Assembly: GCA_045540295.1 (NCBI GenBank)
Contig: JAZQGY010000029.1
Span: forward strand, 114,983-178,982
Direction of reading: 5' to 3'
DNA length: 64,000 nucleotides
Source: Clostridia bacterium
GTDB lineage: Bacteria; Bacillota; Clostridia; UMGS1840
A program made the position numbers and the translations under genes. Position 1 is the first letter of the stretch. Every line of letters starts with the position of its first letter. This document shows, piece by piece, positions 22,026 through 32,494 of the stretch. The notes below the pieces were generated by a model, which ran no database searches, was not told where the DNA came from, and saw only the letters and a list, made by a program, of their open reading frames with translations.

Positions 22026-22721
22026 GTGTTACAATTTAAAAATGTTACAAAAACCTATGATAATACCAATGTAACGGCATTGGAAAATGTGAATCTGGAC
22101 ATTGAAAAAGGGGAGTTTGTATTCCTGGTTGGCCACAGCGGCGCCGGAAAATCCACTTTGATTAAACTAATTACAGCAGAGGAACAAGCAACTTCCGGTG
22201 AAATTATTATTAATGATATCAATGTGACACAGTTATCACGAAAAGAGATTCCTTATTACAGACGTACTTTAGGGATGGTGTTTCAGGATTTCCGATTGTT
22301 AGATAACAAAACGGTTATCGATAATGTAGCTTTTGCTATGAGGGTAGTCGGCGCCACAAATCGTCAGATCAGAAGACGAGCTCCTGATGTGTTGGGACGA
22401 GTTGGCTTATCTCAGAAGGCGCATTTTTATCCGGACCAACTGTCCGGCGGTGAACAGCAACGTGTTGCAATAGCAAGGGCACTTGCAAATAATCCGAATC
22501 TGATTATTGCCGATGAACCTACCGGGAATCTTGATCCTGATACTTCTAAGGAAATTATGGAGTATTTGGAAGAAATTAACCGTAGCGGCACAACTATTAT
22601 TGTTGCTACCCACGATAAAGATATCGTGAACAGAATGCATAAGCGTGTTATCGCTGTAGACGGCGGAAGTATTATCAGAGATGATGAAAGAGGAGGCTAC
22701 AGTGATTATGAAAAACTTTAG
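22026..22721 (+). CDS. ftsE: Cell-division ABC ATPase FtsE
   Basis: GHSGAGKST Walker [30 protein letters not shown] start. Followed by ftsX. Confidence 0.9.
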   Translation: MLQFKNVTKTYDNTNVTALENVNLDIEKGEFVFLVGHSGAGKSTLIKLITAEEQATSGEIIINDINVTQLSRKEIPYYRRTLGMVFQDFRLLDNKTVIDNVAFAMRVVGATNRQIRRRAPDVLGRVGLSQKAHFYPDQLSGGEQQRVAIARALANNPNLIIADEPTGNLDPDTSKEIMEYLEEINRSGTTIIVATHDKDIVNRMHKRVIAVDGGSIIRDDERGGYSDYEKL

Positions 22722-23589
22722 TTATTTTTTCAAGGAAGCACTTTCCAATTTAGGTTCCAATAAAACTGTCACTTTTATGACAGTGATTACAATTGTGATT
22801 TCACTGATTGTAACCGGATTTATCCAGATTGTTTCCTTTAATCTGGTGCACGTGTCTAATCAGCTGAATAATAACTTTGTTTTTAATGTGTACATAAAAG
22901 ATTCCATTCCTGATGAGGATTTGGAAGATGTTCGGCAAAAGATTTTAGAAGTTGCCATGGTAGATGATGCCGTGTTGGTTTTGAAATTAGATGCATTCCA
23001 TGAGTTCAAAGAATCGGTCGGAGATGATCCGCTTTTGCAGGGCTTGTCGGAAGAAGATAATCCTTTTCGGAATCGCTTCGAAGTCACTGTGACAAATCTG
23101 GATCAGGCAGACAGTATTGTCAACGAAATTCGCCTGATTCCTGAGGTGGATGCTATCTCCAATAACTTGGCAACTTCTCAAAAATTGGTTGCTGCCAAAG
23201 AAAATATCAATCTGTATAGCAGTATTATTTATTTGGCACTGGCCTTTCTTTGCCTGAGTATTATTTCCAACATTATCAATGTATCTGTTTTCTCTCGCAG
23301 AAAACATATCAACATTATGAAATATGTGGGAGCGACCAACGGCTTTGTGAAAGCACCGTTTATTATTGAAGGCATTTTGGTTGGTTTGTTTGGAGCTGTT
23401 CTTTCCAGCTTATTGCTGTTTTATGGCTATCACTTGCTGTATCCCAAGATTCACTTGGTGATGCAGGGGGTGTATCTGATTCAGCCGATGATGCTTTTTG
23501 GACAGTTATTATTAATTAACTGTGTGTACGGTGTGTTAATCAGCGCGTTGGGTTCAGCTTTTGCTGTGAACAAATATGTTAAAGTATGA
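22708..23589 (+). CDS. ftsX: Cell-division permease-like protein FtsX
   Basis: [15 protein letters not shown].. start 9 nt after AGGAGG. Four-TM FtsX topology with a large extracellular loop. The track ORF begins at the upstream ATG 22681. Confidence 0.85.
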   Translation: MKNFSYFFKEALSNLGSNKTVTFMTVITIVISLIVTGFIQIVSFNLVHVSNQLNNNFVFNVYIKDSIPDEDLEDVRQKILEVAMVDDAVLVLKLDAFHEFKESVGDDPLLQGLSEEDNPFRNRFEVTVTNLDQADSIVNEIRLIPEVDAISNNLATSQKLVAAKENINLYSSIIYLALAFLCLSIISNIINVSVFSRRKHINIMKYVGATNGFVKAPFIIEGILVGLFGAVLSSLLLFYGYHLLYPKIHLVMQGVYLIQPMMLFGQLLLINCVYGVLISALGSAFAVNKYVKV

Positions 23590-23626
23590 TAGAGTTTCGT
23601 TTAGCGATACCATTTGAGGGGAAATC

Positions 23627-23845
23627 ATGGAATGGAATAACGTAATAAATCAAGAACAACGGAGCAGACATCCTTCACGTTCACATCGTCACAGAAGGTA
23701 TAGATGCAGCAAAAAATATTATTCCAAAGAGCGTCAGACCCATAATCGTAGTGAAATTCAGTTTATGATTACTTGCGCAGCGGCTGTGGTTTTGTTCATG
23801 CTTATTTTAATTCCTTTATTGGCGAATATGATGGAATCCGTGTGA
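23627..23845 (+). CDS. Small hypothetical membrane protein (highly basic N-terminus plus one TM helix)
   Basis: GAGGGG RBS 6 nt upstream of the ATG. 72 aa: an R/H/S/K-rich N-terminus, then ITCAAAVVLFMLILIPLLANMM. Confidence 0.35.
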   Translation: MEWNNVINQEQRSRHPSRSHRHRRYRCSKKYYSKERQTHNRSEIQFMITCAAAVVLFMLILIPLLANMMESV

Positions 23846-23881
23846 TTGATCTTTGATTGAATTCTGGAAAGGAATCAAACT

Positions 23882-25051
23882 ATGGAAAAAAATAAAAGAA
23901 ATAGAATTTTATCTTTTGCGCTGAGTTTGGTGATGTTGCTGTCAGTGGTGTTGTCAGCTACAGTTGTTATGGCGGATCAGAAATCTGACTTACAACAAAA
24001 GCAGCAGAATGCGGAACAAAAGGCAAATGAAGCTCAGGACAAGGTCAACCAGGCAAAGAATCAAAAAGCCAGCTACGAAGAAACAAAACGGGATTTAGAT
24101 GCACAAATGGTAGCTGTTGCTGCTCGTGTGAAAGAACTCAATGACCAGGTTACGGCTTTAGAATCCGAGATTCAGGAAAAGGAAGATGAAATTAAGCGCC
24201 TAACGGAAGAAGAAGAGGAAAATAAGGAGCTTTTTAAATTAAGAATGAGATCCTTATACGAAGAGAATACTACCTCTTATCTGGATATTTTGTTATCCAG
24301 CGGTGATCTTGCCGACTTTTTCTACCGTTTGGATGTGATTGAACAGATTGCGGTTTACGATCAGCAGATTATTTCGGACATTATTAACCGAAAGGCGAAA
24401 GTGGAAGAAGCTACAGCGATTTTAAATGAGAAAAAAGAAGAATTGCTTGTTGTAAAAGCGGAAGCTGATAAAGAACAGCAAAGCTTGCAGTCGTTGATTG
24501 ACGAGAATACCAGAATTCTGACGCAGTTACAGAATGATATTGCAAAATATACGAAAGAATATGAAAAATTTGAGCAGGAGAGTGCAAGTATACAGGCACA
24601 AATCCGTTCTTTGTCCACACCTTCACAGTCGGGGAAAGCTGCACCGGCGAAATATTCGGGCGGTGTTATGCAGTGGCCTGCACCGGGATATCAGACCATT
24701 ACGTCATATTTTGGTAATCGACTGCATCCTGTACTGAAGGTATATAAGTTGCATACCGGTATTGATATTGCTGCACCCAGCGGAGCATCTGTCGTAGCAG
24801 CTTCGGACGGTACTGTTATTATTTCCGGATATTCCAACGCATACGGAAACTATATTGTTATCGACCATGGCGGTGGAATTACTACTTTATACGGTCACCA
24901 TTCTACCAATTTGGTATCTAAGGGAGCGGTAGTGAAACGTGGCCAGAAAATTGCAAAGGTGGGCAGCACAGGCTGGTCAACCGGCCCGCATCTTCATTTT
25001 GAGGTTATGGTAAACGGTGCTGTTCAGAATCCGCTCAATTATTTACAATAA
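23882..25051 (+). CDS. M23-family peptidoglycan metalloendopeptidase with an N-terminal coiled coil (EnvC-like FtsEX partner)
   Basis: Signal peptide, about 200 aa of heptad-rich coiled coil, C-terminal M23 motifs HTGIDIAAP and [15 protein letters not shown]. Confidence 0.85.
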   Translation: MEKNKRNRILSFALSLVMLLSVVLSATVVMADQKSDLQQKQQNAEQKANEAQDKVNQAKNQKASYEETKRDLDAQMVAVAARVKELNDQVTALESEIQEKEDEIKRLTEEEEENKELFKLRMRSLYEENTTSYLDILLSSGDLADFFYRLDVIEQIAVYDQQIISDIINRKAKVEEATAILNEKKEELLVVKAEADKEQQSLQSLIDENTRILTQLQNDIAKYTKEYEKFEQESASIQAQIRSLSTPSQSGKAAPAKYSGGVMQWPAPGYQTITSYFGNRLHPVLKVYKLHTGIDIAAPSGASVVAASDGTVIISGYSNAYGNYIVIDHGGGITTLYGHHSTNLVSKGAVVKRGQKIAKVGSTGWSTGPHLHFEVMVNGAVQNPLNYLQ

Positions 25052-25135
25052 TTTGATATTGAATTGCATAATTTATGAAGAGGGTATCACAGGTTGTGGT
25101 ACCCTCAAATTTCAAATGAAATGGGGCATCCATTG

Positions 25136-26323
25136 ATGAAGGAGTCTATTGTCAGACGTTTGTTGTATATCGTTTTAACAGTATCTGTCGGTCTTGCAGG
25201 CTATTTCGGCGGAGTGTTACACGAAAGAAGCGGGGGTGCTGCAGGCGGTTATACAACACAGGCATTGAAAATTAAAAAGCTAAGTGATTTGATTCACGAA
25301 AACTATTATTTCCAAGATTCTATTGATGATGAACAGGCGTTTGACTACGCTATGAACGGATACGTTAGTCATTTAAGAGATCCGTTTTCTTACTACATTT
25401 CTGATGAAGATTTAGATGGGTTTAACGAAGAAATTGAAGGAAACTATGTCGGTATCGGCGTGGAAATCACTGTGGACGAAAATAATTTCCTGATTGTGAT
25501 CAACTCCTTTGACGGTTCTGCCGCTCAGGCTGCCGGAATAAAAACAGGGGATCGTATCATTGAAGTAAACGGTACTCCCGTCAATGGAGATATGATGGAT
25601 GAAACGGTGGATATGATCCGTGGGCTGCCCGGCGAAAGTGTGTCTCTTGTGATTCTGACCCCGGAAGGAGAAATGCGAGAATTAGATTTGGTTCGTACAC
25701 AGGTGTCAATTGAAACCGTTCGTACAAAAATGATGGAAAACGGAATCGGTTATGTGAGGATTTCCAGTTTTGATATCGGGACCGATCTGGAGTTTATCAG
25801 AAAATTTGAAGAGCTTGATCGTAATCAGTTGAAAGGATTGATTATCGATTTAAGATCTAATTCCGGCGGCACACTGGATAGCGTGGTTCGGGTTGCTGAT
25901 TATCTGATGCCGGAGGGAACAGTTGTTTCTATTAAGTATTCAGACGGTTCTGAAATTTCGGAAACCTCAGATGCACAACATTCGGTTGATATTCCAATGT
26001 GCGTTTTAATCAACGAAGGAACTGCCAGCGCTGCAGAGCTTCTTGCAGGAGGCTTGCGAGACAATAACAATGCCAGATTAGTTGGTCAGAATTCCTACGG
26101 AAAAGGCGTGGTAGGTCAAAGCTTTTATATTGATTCCAAGAGTGCGGTTGTTTTGACCATTGGTGAATATTTTCTGCCCAGCGGAGAGAATATTCATAAA
26201 GTAGGGCTTGCTCCGGATATTGAGGTTGCCCTGGAAAACCAGACCACCAGTATTTTCCTGATGGCACAAAGCGAAGACACACAGTTACAAAGAGCAATCG
26301 AGGAGCTTCTATCCCATGAATGA
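25136..26323 (+). CDS. S41 carboxy-terminal processing protease (Ctp)
   Basis: TM anchor, PDZ region (AAQAAGIKTGDRIIEVNG), catalytic region DLRSNSGGTL...NEGTASAAE. The start is uncertain (25094 TTG, 25121 or 25136 ATG). Confidence 0.85.
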   Translation: MKESIVRRLLYIVLTVSVGLAGYFGGVLHERSGGAAGGYTTQALKIKKLSDLIHENYYFQDSIDDEQAFDYAMNGYVSHLRDPFSYYISDEDLDGFNEEIEGNYVGIGVEITVDENNFLIVINSFDGSAAQAAGIKTGDRIIEVNGTPVNGDMMDETVDMIRGLPGESVSLVILTPEGEMRELDLVRTQVSIETVRTKMMENGIGYVRISSFDIGTDLEFIRKFEELDRNQLKGLIIDLRSNSGGTLDSVVRVADYLMPEGTVVSIKYSDGSEISETSDAQHSVDIPMCVLINEGTASAAELLAGGLRDNNNARLVGQNSYGKGVVGQSFYIDSKSAVVLTIGEYFLPSGENIHKVGLAPDIEVALENQTTSIFLMAQSEDTQLQRAIEELLSHE

Positions 26324-27164
26324 ACTTATAAAAACTGCTCATGCGAAAATTAATCTTACACTGGATGTATTGGGTAAACGGGAAGACGGATATCATGATC
26401 TGAAAATGATTATGGCTGAAATTCCGTTGTCCGATACCGTTACACTGACGAAACAGGACAGAATTACGGTTCACACAAATTTATCTTTTTTGCCGAATAA
26501 CGAAAAGAATATTGCCTTTCGTGCTGCCATGTTGTTCTTCCAAGAAACGAACCTTTCCGGCGGTGTTCAGATTCGTATTGATAAACAGATTCCTGTCAGT
26601 GCAGGGTTGGCAGGCGGAAGCACAGATGCAGCGGCGGTGTTGCATGGGTTAAATGAACTTTATGATGCGAAGTTGTCGCTGGAAAAATTACAGCAGATGG
26701 GGAACTTGATAGGCAAGGATATTCCGTTTTGTTTGCAGGGTGGCGTCGCCCTGGCAGAAGGAACAGGGGAACGGTTAAGCAAGTTGCCAAATCTTCCGCA
26801 TGGATGGATTGTTTTAATGAAACCTCGTTTTATTAATGTGTCCACCAGAGAAGTGTTTACCACTCTTCAGGCATCCAAACTGGAATTGCATCCGGATACC
26901 ATGGGCGCCGTTCATGCTTTGGAACGGGGAGATCTTCACGGACTTTCCCGCAGAATGTATAATGTTTTAGAAGAGGTAACTGTGAGGAAGTATCCTTTGA
27001 TTGCAGAACTGAAGAATGTTATGTTGGAAAACGGTGCCTTGGGTAGCGTGATGAGCGGAAGCGGCCCCTCTGTATTTGGTTTTTTTGATTCCGAAGCTGC
27101 TGCGGAACGGGCGAAAATGCAGCTATTACATTATGACAAACAAGTTTTTCTGATGAAAGTATAA
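26316..27164 (+). CDS. ispE: 4-diphosphocytidyl-2-C-methyl-D-erythritol kinase
   Basis: AKINLTLDVLGKREDGYHDL and PVSAGLAGGSTDAAAVL (GHMP kinase motif). Overlaps the ctp stop by 8 nt. Confidence 0.9.
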   Translation: MNELIKTAHAKINLTLDVLGKREDGYHDLKMIMAEIPLSDTVTLTKQDRITVHTNLSFLPNNEKNIAFRAAMLFFQETNLSGGVQIRIDKQIPVSAGLAGGSTDAAAVLHGLNELYDAKLSLEKLQQMGNLIGKDIPFCLQGGVALAEGTGERLSKLPNLPHGWIVLMKPRFINVSTREVFTTLQASKLELHPDTMGAVHALERGDLHGLSRRMYNVLEEVTVRKYPLIAELKNVMLENGALGSVMSGSGPSVFGFFDSEAAAERAKMQLLHYDKQVFLMKV

Positions 27165-27180
27165 ATTTTTCAGAATGGGT

Positions 27181-27216
27181 AAGAATCGTACTGACATAGT
27201 ACGGTTCTTATTTTTT
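27181..27216 (+). terminator. Probable terminator after ispE
   Basis: AAGAATCGTACT-gacat-AGTACGGTTCTT followed by ATTTTTT. Confidence 0.55.
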
Positions 27217-27232
27217 ATGAAGGAGAATGAAT

Positions 27233-27895
27233 ATGAAACAAATGAAGCAAATGAATCAAATGAAGGAACTGCAATTTTTTAAGGATTTTATGAAAAAAAA
27301 CAAAGCAGTGATTATTGCTGTGGCAGCTGTATTTTTAGTTGGTACGTTATTGGGAATGGTTGCTGAAGCAAAAACAATTTCTCAAAAATTTGTAAGATTC
27401 CATATTGTTGCAAACAGCAATTCTGTGGCAGATCAAAATGTTAAAATGAAGGTGCGGGAAGCAATTTTTTCAGAATTGGACTTTTCACAAATCACCTCAA
27501 AGGAAGAAGCTTTAGAATTTTTTAAAGAACATCAGTATGAAATTTCAGACTTATCGAACCGAGTTCTTCGGGAAAACGGTTTTTCATATCAGGCAAAGGT
27601 AACTGTTTCCAAAAAAGAATTTCCGGTTCGGCAATATTCGGATTTTGTGTTGCCGGCAGGCAATTATGATGCTGTGAGCATTATTCTTGGCGAGGGGGCA
27701 GGGGAGAATTTTTTCTGCGTAATGTACCCATCTCTGTGCAAAATTGAGGGGGTAACGGAAAAAACAGATTCTAATGCGGAAATTTTGAATTGTGTTTTAA
27801 CAGAACAAGAGATTTCCGCTATTACCGGCAATGAAAAGCAAATTGTGTGCAAATTTAAAATAGTAGAATGGTTCGAAAAACTCTTCTGTTTTTAA
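27233..27895 (+). CDS. spoIIR: Stage II sporulation protein R
   Basis: VRFHIVANSNSVADQNVKMKVREAI and later motifs are typical of SpoIIR, with an N-terminal TM segment. AGGAG (27221-27225) favours ATG 27233 over 27227. Confidence 0.8.
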   Translation: MKQMKQMNQMKELQFFKDFMKKNKAVIIAVAAVFLVGTLLGMVAEAKTISQKFVRFHIVANSNSVADQNVKMKVREAIFSELDFSQITSKEEALEFFKEHQYEISDLSNRVLRENGFSYQAKVTVSKKEFPVRQYSDFVLPAGNYDAVSIILGEGAGENFFCVMYPSLCKIEGVTEKTDSNAEILNCVLTEQEISAITGNEKQIVCKFKIVEWFEKLFCF

Positions 27896-27902
27896 AACGA
27901 AT

Positions 27903-27942
27903 GGTCAGATTCACTGAATTTATCAGTTTGTCTGACCTTTTT
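27903..27942 (+). terminator. Rho-independent terminator after spoIIR
   Basis: GGTCAGA...TCTGACC followed by TTTTT. Confidence 0.6.
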
Positions 27943-28006
27943 CTTGTTCTTTTTATAAAAAAATGCAAAAAAAGGTAAAAATTCGGAAAAAGTTATGGAA
28001 AAACTC

Positions 28007-28034
28007 TTTACAAATTTTAGATTTGTGGTATAAT
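28007..28034 (+). promoter_or_regulatory. Sigma-A-type promoter candidate for ppdK (TTTACA-16-TATAAT with upstream TG)
   Basis: TTTACA at 28007-28012, TATAAT at 28029-28034. Confidence 0.4.
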
Positions 28035-28147
28035 ATAGCAGTATGACTTGTTGGGTTTACAATAGAGTGTGACATTTTTTTAACAAACTGCAATGAGTAC
28101 TTCAAAACTGTAAAAAATAACATTATACACTTAGGAGGTTTTTACTC

Positions 28148-30772
28148 ATGGGTAAAAAATTTGTATACCTTTTTTCCGAAGGTGACGCATCAATGCGTGA
28201 ACTGCTGGGTGGTAAAGGTGCGAACCTGGCTGAAATGACCAAAATCGGTCTGCCGGTTCCCCAGGGCTTCACTGTTTCTACTGAAGCTTGTACTCAGTAT
28301 TATGAAGATGGCAGAACCATCAACGCAGACATTCAGGCTGAAATTATGGAAAACATCACCAAAATGGAAGCAATCTGCGGTAAAAAATTCGGCGATAAAG
28401 AAAATCCGTTATTGGTTTCTGTTCGTTCCGGTGCAAGAGCTTCTATGCCCGGTATGATGGATACCATCTTGAACTTAGGTTTAAACGAAGAAGTTGTTGA
28501 AACTATCTCCGCAAAAACCGGCAACGCTAGATGGGCTTGGGACTGCTACAGAAGATTCATCCAGATGTATTCTGACGTAGTTATGGAAGTAGGTAAAAAA
28601 TACTTCGAAGAACTGATCGACGAAATGAAAGCTAAAAAAGGCGTTACTCAGGACGTTGAATTAACTGCTGAAGATTTAAAAGAATTAGCAGGTCAGTTCA
28701 AAGCTGAATACAAATCCAAAATCGGTAAAGACTTCCCGTCTGATCCCAAAGAACAGTTAATGGGTGCTGTTGAAGCAGTATTCCGCTCCTGGGACAACCC
28801 CCGTGCAAATGTTTACAGACGTGATAACGATATTCCTTATTCCTGGGGTACCGCTGTTAACGTGCAGATGATGGCATTCGGTAACATGGGTGATGACTGT
28901 GGTACCGGTGTTGCATTTACCCGTGATCCTGCTACCGGTGACAAAGGCTTAATGGGTGAATTCTTAGTAAACGCTCAGGGTGAAGACGTTGTTGCAGGCG
29001 TCCGTACTCCTATGCCGATTGCTCAGATGGCTGAAACTTTCCCCGAAGCTTTCGATGAATTCAACAAAGTTTGTGCAATCTTAGAAGATCACTACAGAGA
29101 TATGCAGGATATGGAATTCACCATTGAAAACAAAAAACTGTATATGCTCCAGACCAGAAACGGTAAGAGAACTGCAAGAGCTGCTTTAAAAATCGCTTGT
29201 GACTTAGTAGATGAAGGCATGATCGACAAAAAACAGGCAGTTGCAATGATCGACCCCAGAAACTTAGATACCTTATTACATCCCCAGTTTGATGCGAAAG
29301 CATTAAAAGCTGCTACTCCCGCTGGCAGAGGCTTAGGTGCTTCTCCCGGAGCTGCTTGCGGCCAGGTTGTATTTACTGCTGAAGATGCAGAAGCTTGGAA
29401 CGCACAGGGCAAAAAAGTTATCTTAGTTCGTTTAGAAACCTCTCCCGAAGATATTACCGGTATGAAAGCATCCCAGGGTATCTTAACCGTTCGTGGCGGT
29501 ATGACCTCTCACGCAGCAGTTGTTGCTCGTGGTATGGGTACTTGCTGTGTATCCGGTTGTGGCGACATCAACATGGACGAAGAAAACAAAAAATTCACCT
29601 TAGCTGGTAAAACCTATGTAGAAGGTGACGAAATCTCCATCGACGGTTCCACCGGTAACATCTATGACGGTATTATTCCTACCGTTGATGCTGAAATCGC
29701 TGGTGAATTTGGCAGAATCATGCAGTGGGCTGACGAATTCAGAACTCTGAAAGTTAGAACCAATGCTGATACTCCTGCTGATGCGAAAAAAGCTGTTGAA
29801 CTGGGTGCTGAAGGTATCGGTCTGTGCCGTACCGAGCATATGTTCTTCGAAGCAGACAGAATCGCTGCATTCAGAGAAATGATTTGTGCTGATACTGTAG
29901 AAGCAAGAGAAGCTGCATTAGAAAAAATCCTGCCCTATCAGCAGGGAGACTTCGAAAAATTATACGAAGCTCTGGAAGGTAACCCTGTTACCATCCGTTT
30001 CTTAGATCCTCCGTTGCATGAATTCGTTCCCACCGAAGAAGCTGACATTGCTGCATTAGCAAAAGCTCAGGGCAAAACCGTGGAAGATATCAAAGCTATC
30101 ATTGCTTCCTTACATGAATTTAACCCCATGATGGGTCACAGAGGATGCCGTCTGGCAGTTACCTACCCTGAAATTGCTAAAATGCAGACTAAAGCGGTTA
30201 TTCGTGCTGCAATCAATGTGAAAAAAGCTCATCCGGATTGGAACATTGTTCCCGAAATCATGATTCCCTTAGTTGGCGATATTAAAGAATTAAAATACGT
30301 TAAAAACGATGTTGTTGCAACTGCTGATGCTGAAATCGCAGCTGCAGGCGCTGACTTAAAATACGAAGTTGGTACTATGATTGAAATCCCCAGAGCTGCT
30401 TTAACTGCAGACGATATCGCAAAAGAAGCTGAATTCTTCTGCTTCGGTACCAATGACTTAACCCAGATGACCTACGGTTTCTCCCGTGACGATGCTGGTA
30501 AATTCTTAGATGCTTACTATGATGCAAAAATCTTTGAAAACGATCCCTTTGCAAAACTGGACCAGACCGGTGTTGGTAAGCTGATGGAATTAGCTGTTAC
30601 CTTAGGTAAAAAAGTTCGTCCCGAAATGCACTGCGGTATCTGCGGTGAACACGGTGGTGACCCCGTTTCTGTTGAATTCTGTCACAGAATCGGCTTAGAC
30701 TACGTTTCTTGTTCTCCCTTCCGTGTACCGATTGCAAGACTGGCTGCTGCTCAGGCTGCAATCAAAGGCTAA
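28148..30772 (+). CDS. ppdK: Pyruvate, phosphate dikinase
   Basis: 874 aa. GGKGANLAEM, phospho-His loop GGMTSHAAVVARGMG, C-terminal PEP-utilising motif GICGEHGGDP. Confidence 0.95.
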   Translation: MGKKFVYLFSEGDASMRELLGGKGANLAEMTKIGLPVPQGFTVSTEACTQYYEDGRTINADIQAEIMENITKMEAICGKKFGDKENPLLVSVRSGARASMPGMMDTILNLGLNEEVVETISAKTGNARWAWDCYRRFIQMYSDVVMEVGKKYFEELIDEMKAKKGVTQDVELTAEDLKELAGQFKAEYKSKIGKDFPSDPKEQLMGAVEAVFRSWDNPRANVYRRDNDIPYSWGTAVNVQMMAFGNMGDDCGTGVAFTRDPATGDKGLMGEFLVNAQGEDVVAGVRTPMPIAQMAETFPEAFDEFNKVCAILEDHYRDMQDMEFTIENKKLYMLQTRNGKRTARAALKIACDLVDEGMIDKKQAVAMIDPRNLDTLLHPQFDAKALKAATPAGRGLGASPGAACGQVVFTAEDAEAWNAQGKKVILVRLETSPEDITGMKASQGILTVRGGMTSHAAVVARGMGTCCVSGCGDINMDEENKKFTLAGKTYVEGDEISIDGSTGNIYDGIIPTVDAEIAGEFGRIMQWADEFRTLKVRTNADTPADAKKAVELGAEGIGLCRTEHMFFEADRIAAFREMICADTVEAREAALEKILPYQQGDFEKLYEALEGNPVTIRFLDPPLHEFVPTEEADIAALAKAQGKTVEDIKAIIASLHEFNPMMGHRGCRLAVTYPEIAKMQTKAVIRAAINVKKAHPDWNIVPEIMIPLVGDIKELKYVKNDVVATADAEIAAAGADLKYEVGTMIEIPRAALTADDIAKEAEFFCFGTNDLTQMTYGFSRDDAGKFLDAYYDAKIFENDPFAKLDQTGVGKLMELAVTLGKKVRPEMHCGICGEHGGDPVSVEFCHRIGLDYVSCSPFRVPIARLAAAQAAIKG

Positions 30773-30805
30773 AATACAATTCTAGTTGTAATATAGCATA
30801 ACAAA

Positions 30806-30842
30806 AAGAGTTGCGAATCCAAAGATTCGCAACTCTTTTTTA
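30806..30842 (+). terminator. Rho-independent terminator after ppdK
   Basis: GAGTTGCGAATC-caaa-GATTCGCAACTC followed by TTTTTTA. Confidence 0.85.
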
Positions 30843-30849
30843 TTTCAAA

Positions 30850-30878
30850 TTGACATTGCTTTTGAAATATGTTATACT
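30850..30878 (+). promoter_or_regulatory. Sigma-A-type promoter candidate (TTGACA-17-TATACT)
   Basis: TTGACA at 30850-30855, TATACT at 30873-30878. Confidence 0.4.
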
Positions 30879-30971
30879 GAAAAAGCATTTACAAGTCTAT
30901 TTTGGCTTTTCATTTTGACTTAATGTGAGTATAGTAAGATTGTCGAATTTTGGCGAAAGCGAGGAAAATGA

Positions 30972-32408
30972 ATGAAAAAAACATATATAACATCAATGCC
31001 AAACCATATTGGCGCATTTTTAAAGGCGAGCAAGTGTTTTTCGGCATTAGGAATTAACATTACTCGCGTAAGTTACAATAAGGCTGTAGATTCGCATACC
31101 TTGTTTATAGATGCAGAAGGAACAGAAGAACAGTTGAAAAAAGCAGATAGTGAACTTGAAAAGATTGGTTATCTTCAAAATAACAACTCAAAAACAAGCA
31201 TTGTATTATTGGAGTTTTGTCTGAAAGATGTTCCGGGAAGTGTTACGGATGTTTTGACTTTGATTGACAAATTCAATTTTAACATATCATATATAAGTTC
31301 ACAAGAGAATGGGACGAATTATCAGTATTTTAAGATGGGTTTGTATGTTGATGATTCGCAAAAAATATCTGAGTTTTTGAAGGAAGTCGAAAAAATATGC
31401 AAAGTCAGGATGATAGACTATAACAGATCAGAGAAGGTTTATGATAACAGTATTTTTTACAATACATATGTTTTGGGACTGGCTCAGGTTATGGGTTTAA
31501 CAACTGATATAAGCAAAGAACTTTTAGTACATGTAAATCTTGCTATGCAGACATTGGACGAACAGGGATTGTCTCCATATCGCACCTTTGACAGTATCAG
31601 CAAATTTGCAGAATTGCTTGGTGCCTCGAAAGGAAGAAATTTTTCTCCACGGATAACCAAACACAAAATTACTGAAAAAACCGAGATAACATTGATAGAA
31701 CCTCCTTGTGGAAGTAATACAATCATTATAAACAGCGACAGAAAATATTTGTTTATAGACAGCGGTTATGCTTGCTATAAAGAAGAAATGTTGAGCGTGT
31801 TTAAAGAGATTATACCTGAATTTGATGAAATTCAAAAAACAATACTTATAACGCATGCCGATGTTGACCATTGCGGACTATTGCCTGTATTTGACAAAGT
31901 TATTGCTAGTCATAAAACCGCAAAGTGCTTAAATAAAGAATATAACGGAAAAAATGGGTATAGGGAGGAAAATCCCCTGCACAAACCGTATATTAATATT
32001 TGCAAATTACTTACTTCATATCAAACAATAAATCCTGGTAAGGTTATAACATTGTGGGATGATGTGGAACATCCGGAAGAACCTCTTACTCAAATTGGTT
32101 TTTTCGATTTCGGAGAACTCCATTTTGAAGTGTATGAGGGAAAAGGCGGACATCTTCCCGGAGAAATAGTTCTTATTGATTATCGAAATCATATTGCAAT
32201 TACCGGGGATATCTATATTAACGTCCATGGATTAACACAGGAACAGGCGGAATACAACCAATATGCCCCAATACTTATGACATCCGTTGATACCAATTCT
32301 GAGCTTTGTGCAGAAGAACGAAAGGCAATCATGCAAAGATTGGGTGTAGGGAAATGGCAAATTTATGGGGCGCATGGGTTTAAAAAGGATTATTCCGTTA
32401 ATGTATAA
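30972..32408 (+). CDS. Hypothetical protein with two N-terminal ACT-like domains fused to a metallo-beta-lactamase-fold domain
   Basis: Two beta-alpha-beta-beta-alpha-beta ACT-like segments (MPNHIGAFLKASKCFSALGINITRVSYN..; LKDVPGSVTDVLTLIDKFNFNISYISS..). MBL-like metal motif ILITHADVDHCG, i.e. HxDxDH rather than HxHxDH. The gene is markedly AT-rich. Confidence 0.55.
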   Translation: MKKTYITSMPNHIGAFLKASKCFSALGINITRVSYNKAVDSHTLFIDAEGTEEQLKKADSELEKIGYLQNNNSKTSIVLLEFCLKDVPGSVTDVLTLIDKFNFNISYISSQENGTNYQYFKMGLYVDDSQKISEFLKEVEKICKVRMIDYNRSEKVYDNSIFYNTYVLGLAQVMGLTTDISKELLVHVNLAMQTLDEQGLSPYRTFDSISKFAELLGASKGRNFSPRITKHKITEKTEITLIEPPCGSNTIIINSDRKYLFIDSGYACYKEEMLSVFKEIIPEFDEIQKTILITHADVDHCGLLPVFDKVIASHKTAKCLNKEYNGKNGYREENPLHKPYINICKLLTSYQTINPGKVITLWDDVEHPEEPLTQIGFFDFGELHFEVYEGKGGHLPGEIVLIDYRNHIAITGDIYINVHGLTQEQAEYNQYAPILMTSVDTNSELCAEERKAIMQRLGVGKWQIYGAHGFKKDYSVNV

Positions 32409-32475
32409 TTTTCCTGATCAACATAGAATGAGCCTGATGCTACACACTTGTCATCTAGTTTATACAGTCTTTATA

Positions 32476-32494
32476 TGCGGTGCACAGCACCGCA
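32476..32494 (+). other. Perfect 8-bp stem hairpin downstream of the ACT-MBL gene
   Basis: TGCGGTGC-aca-GCACCGCA. No T-tract follows. Confidence 0.5.

Noticed and set aside
26010-26474. 154-aa minus-strand ORF across the ctp/ispE junction
   Set aside because: It is antisense to two motif-supported genes, and its sequence is rich in rare residues (W, C, H, Q). It looks like a shadow ORF.
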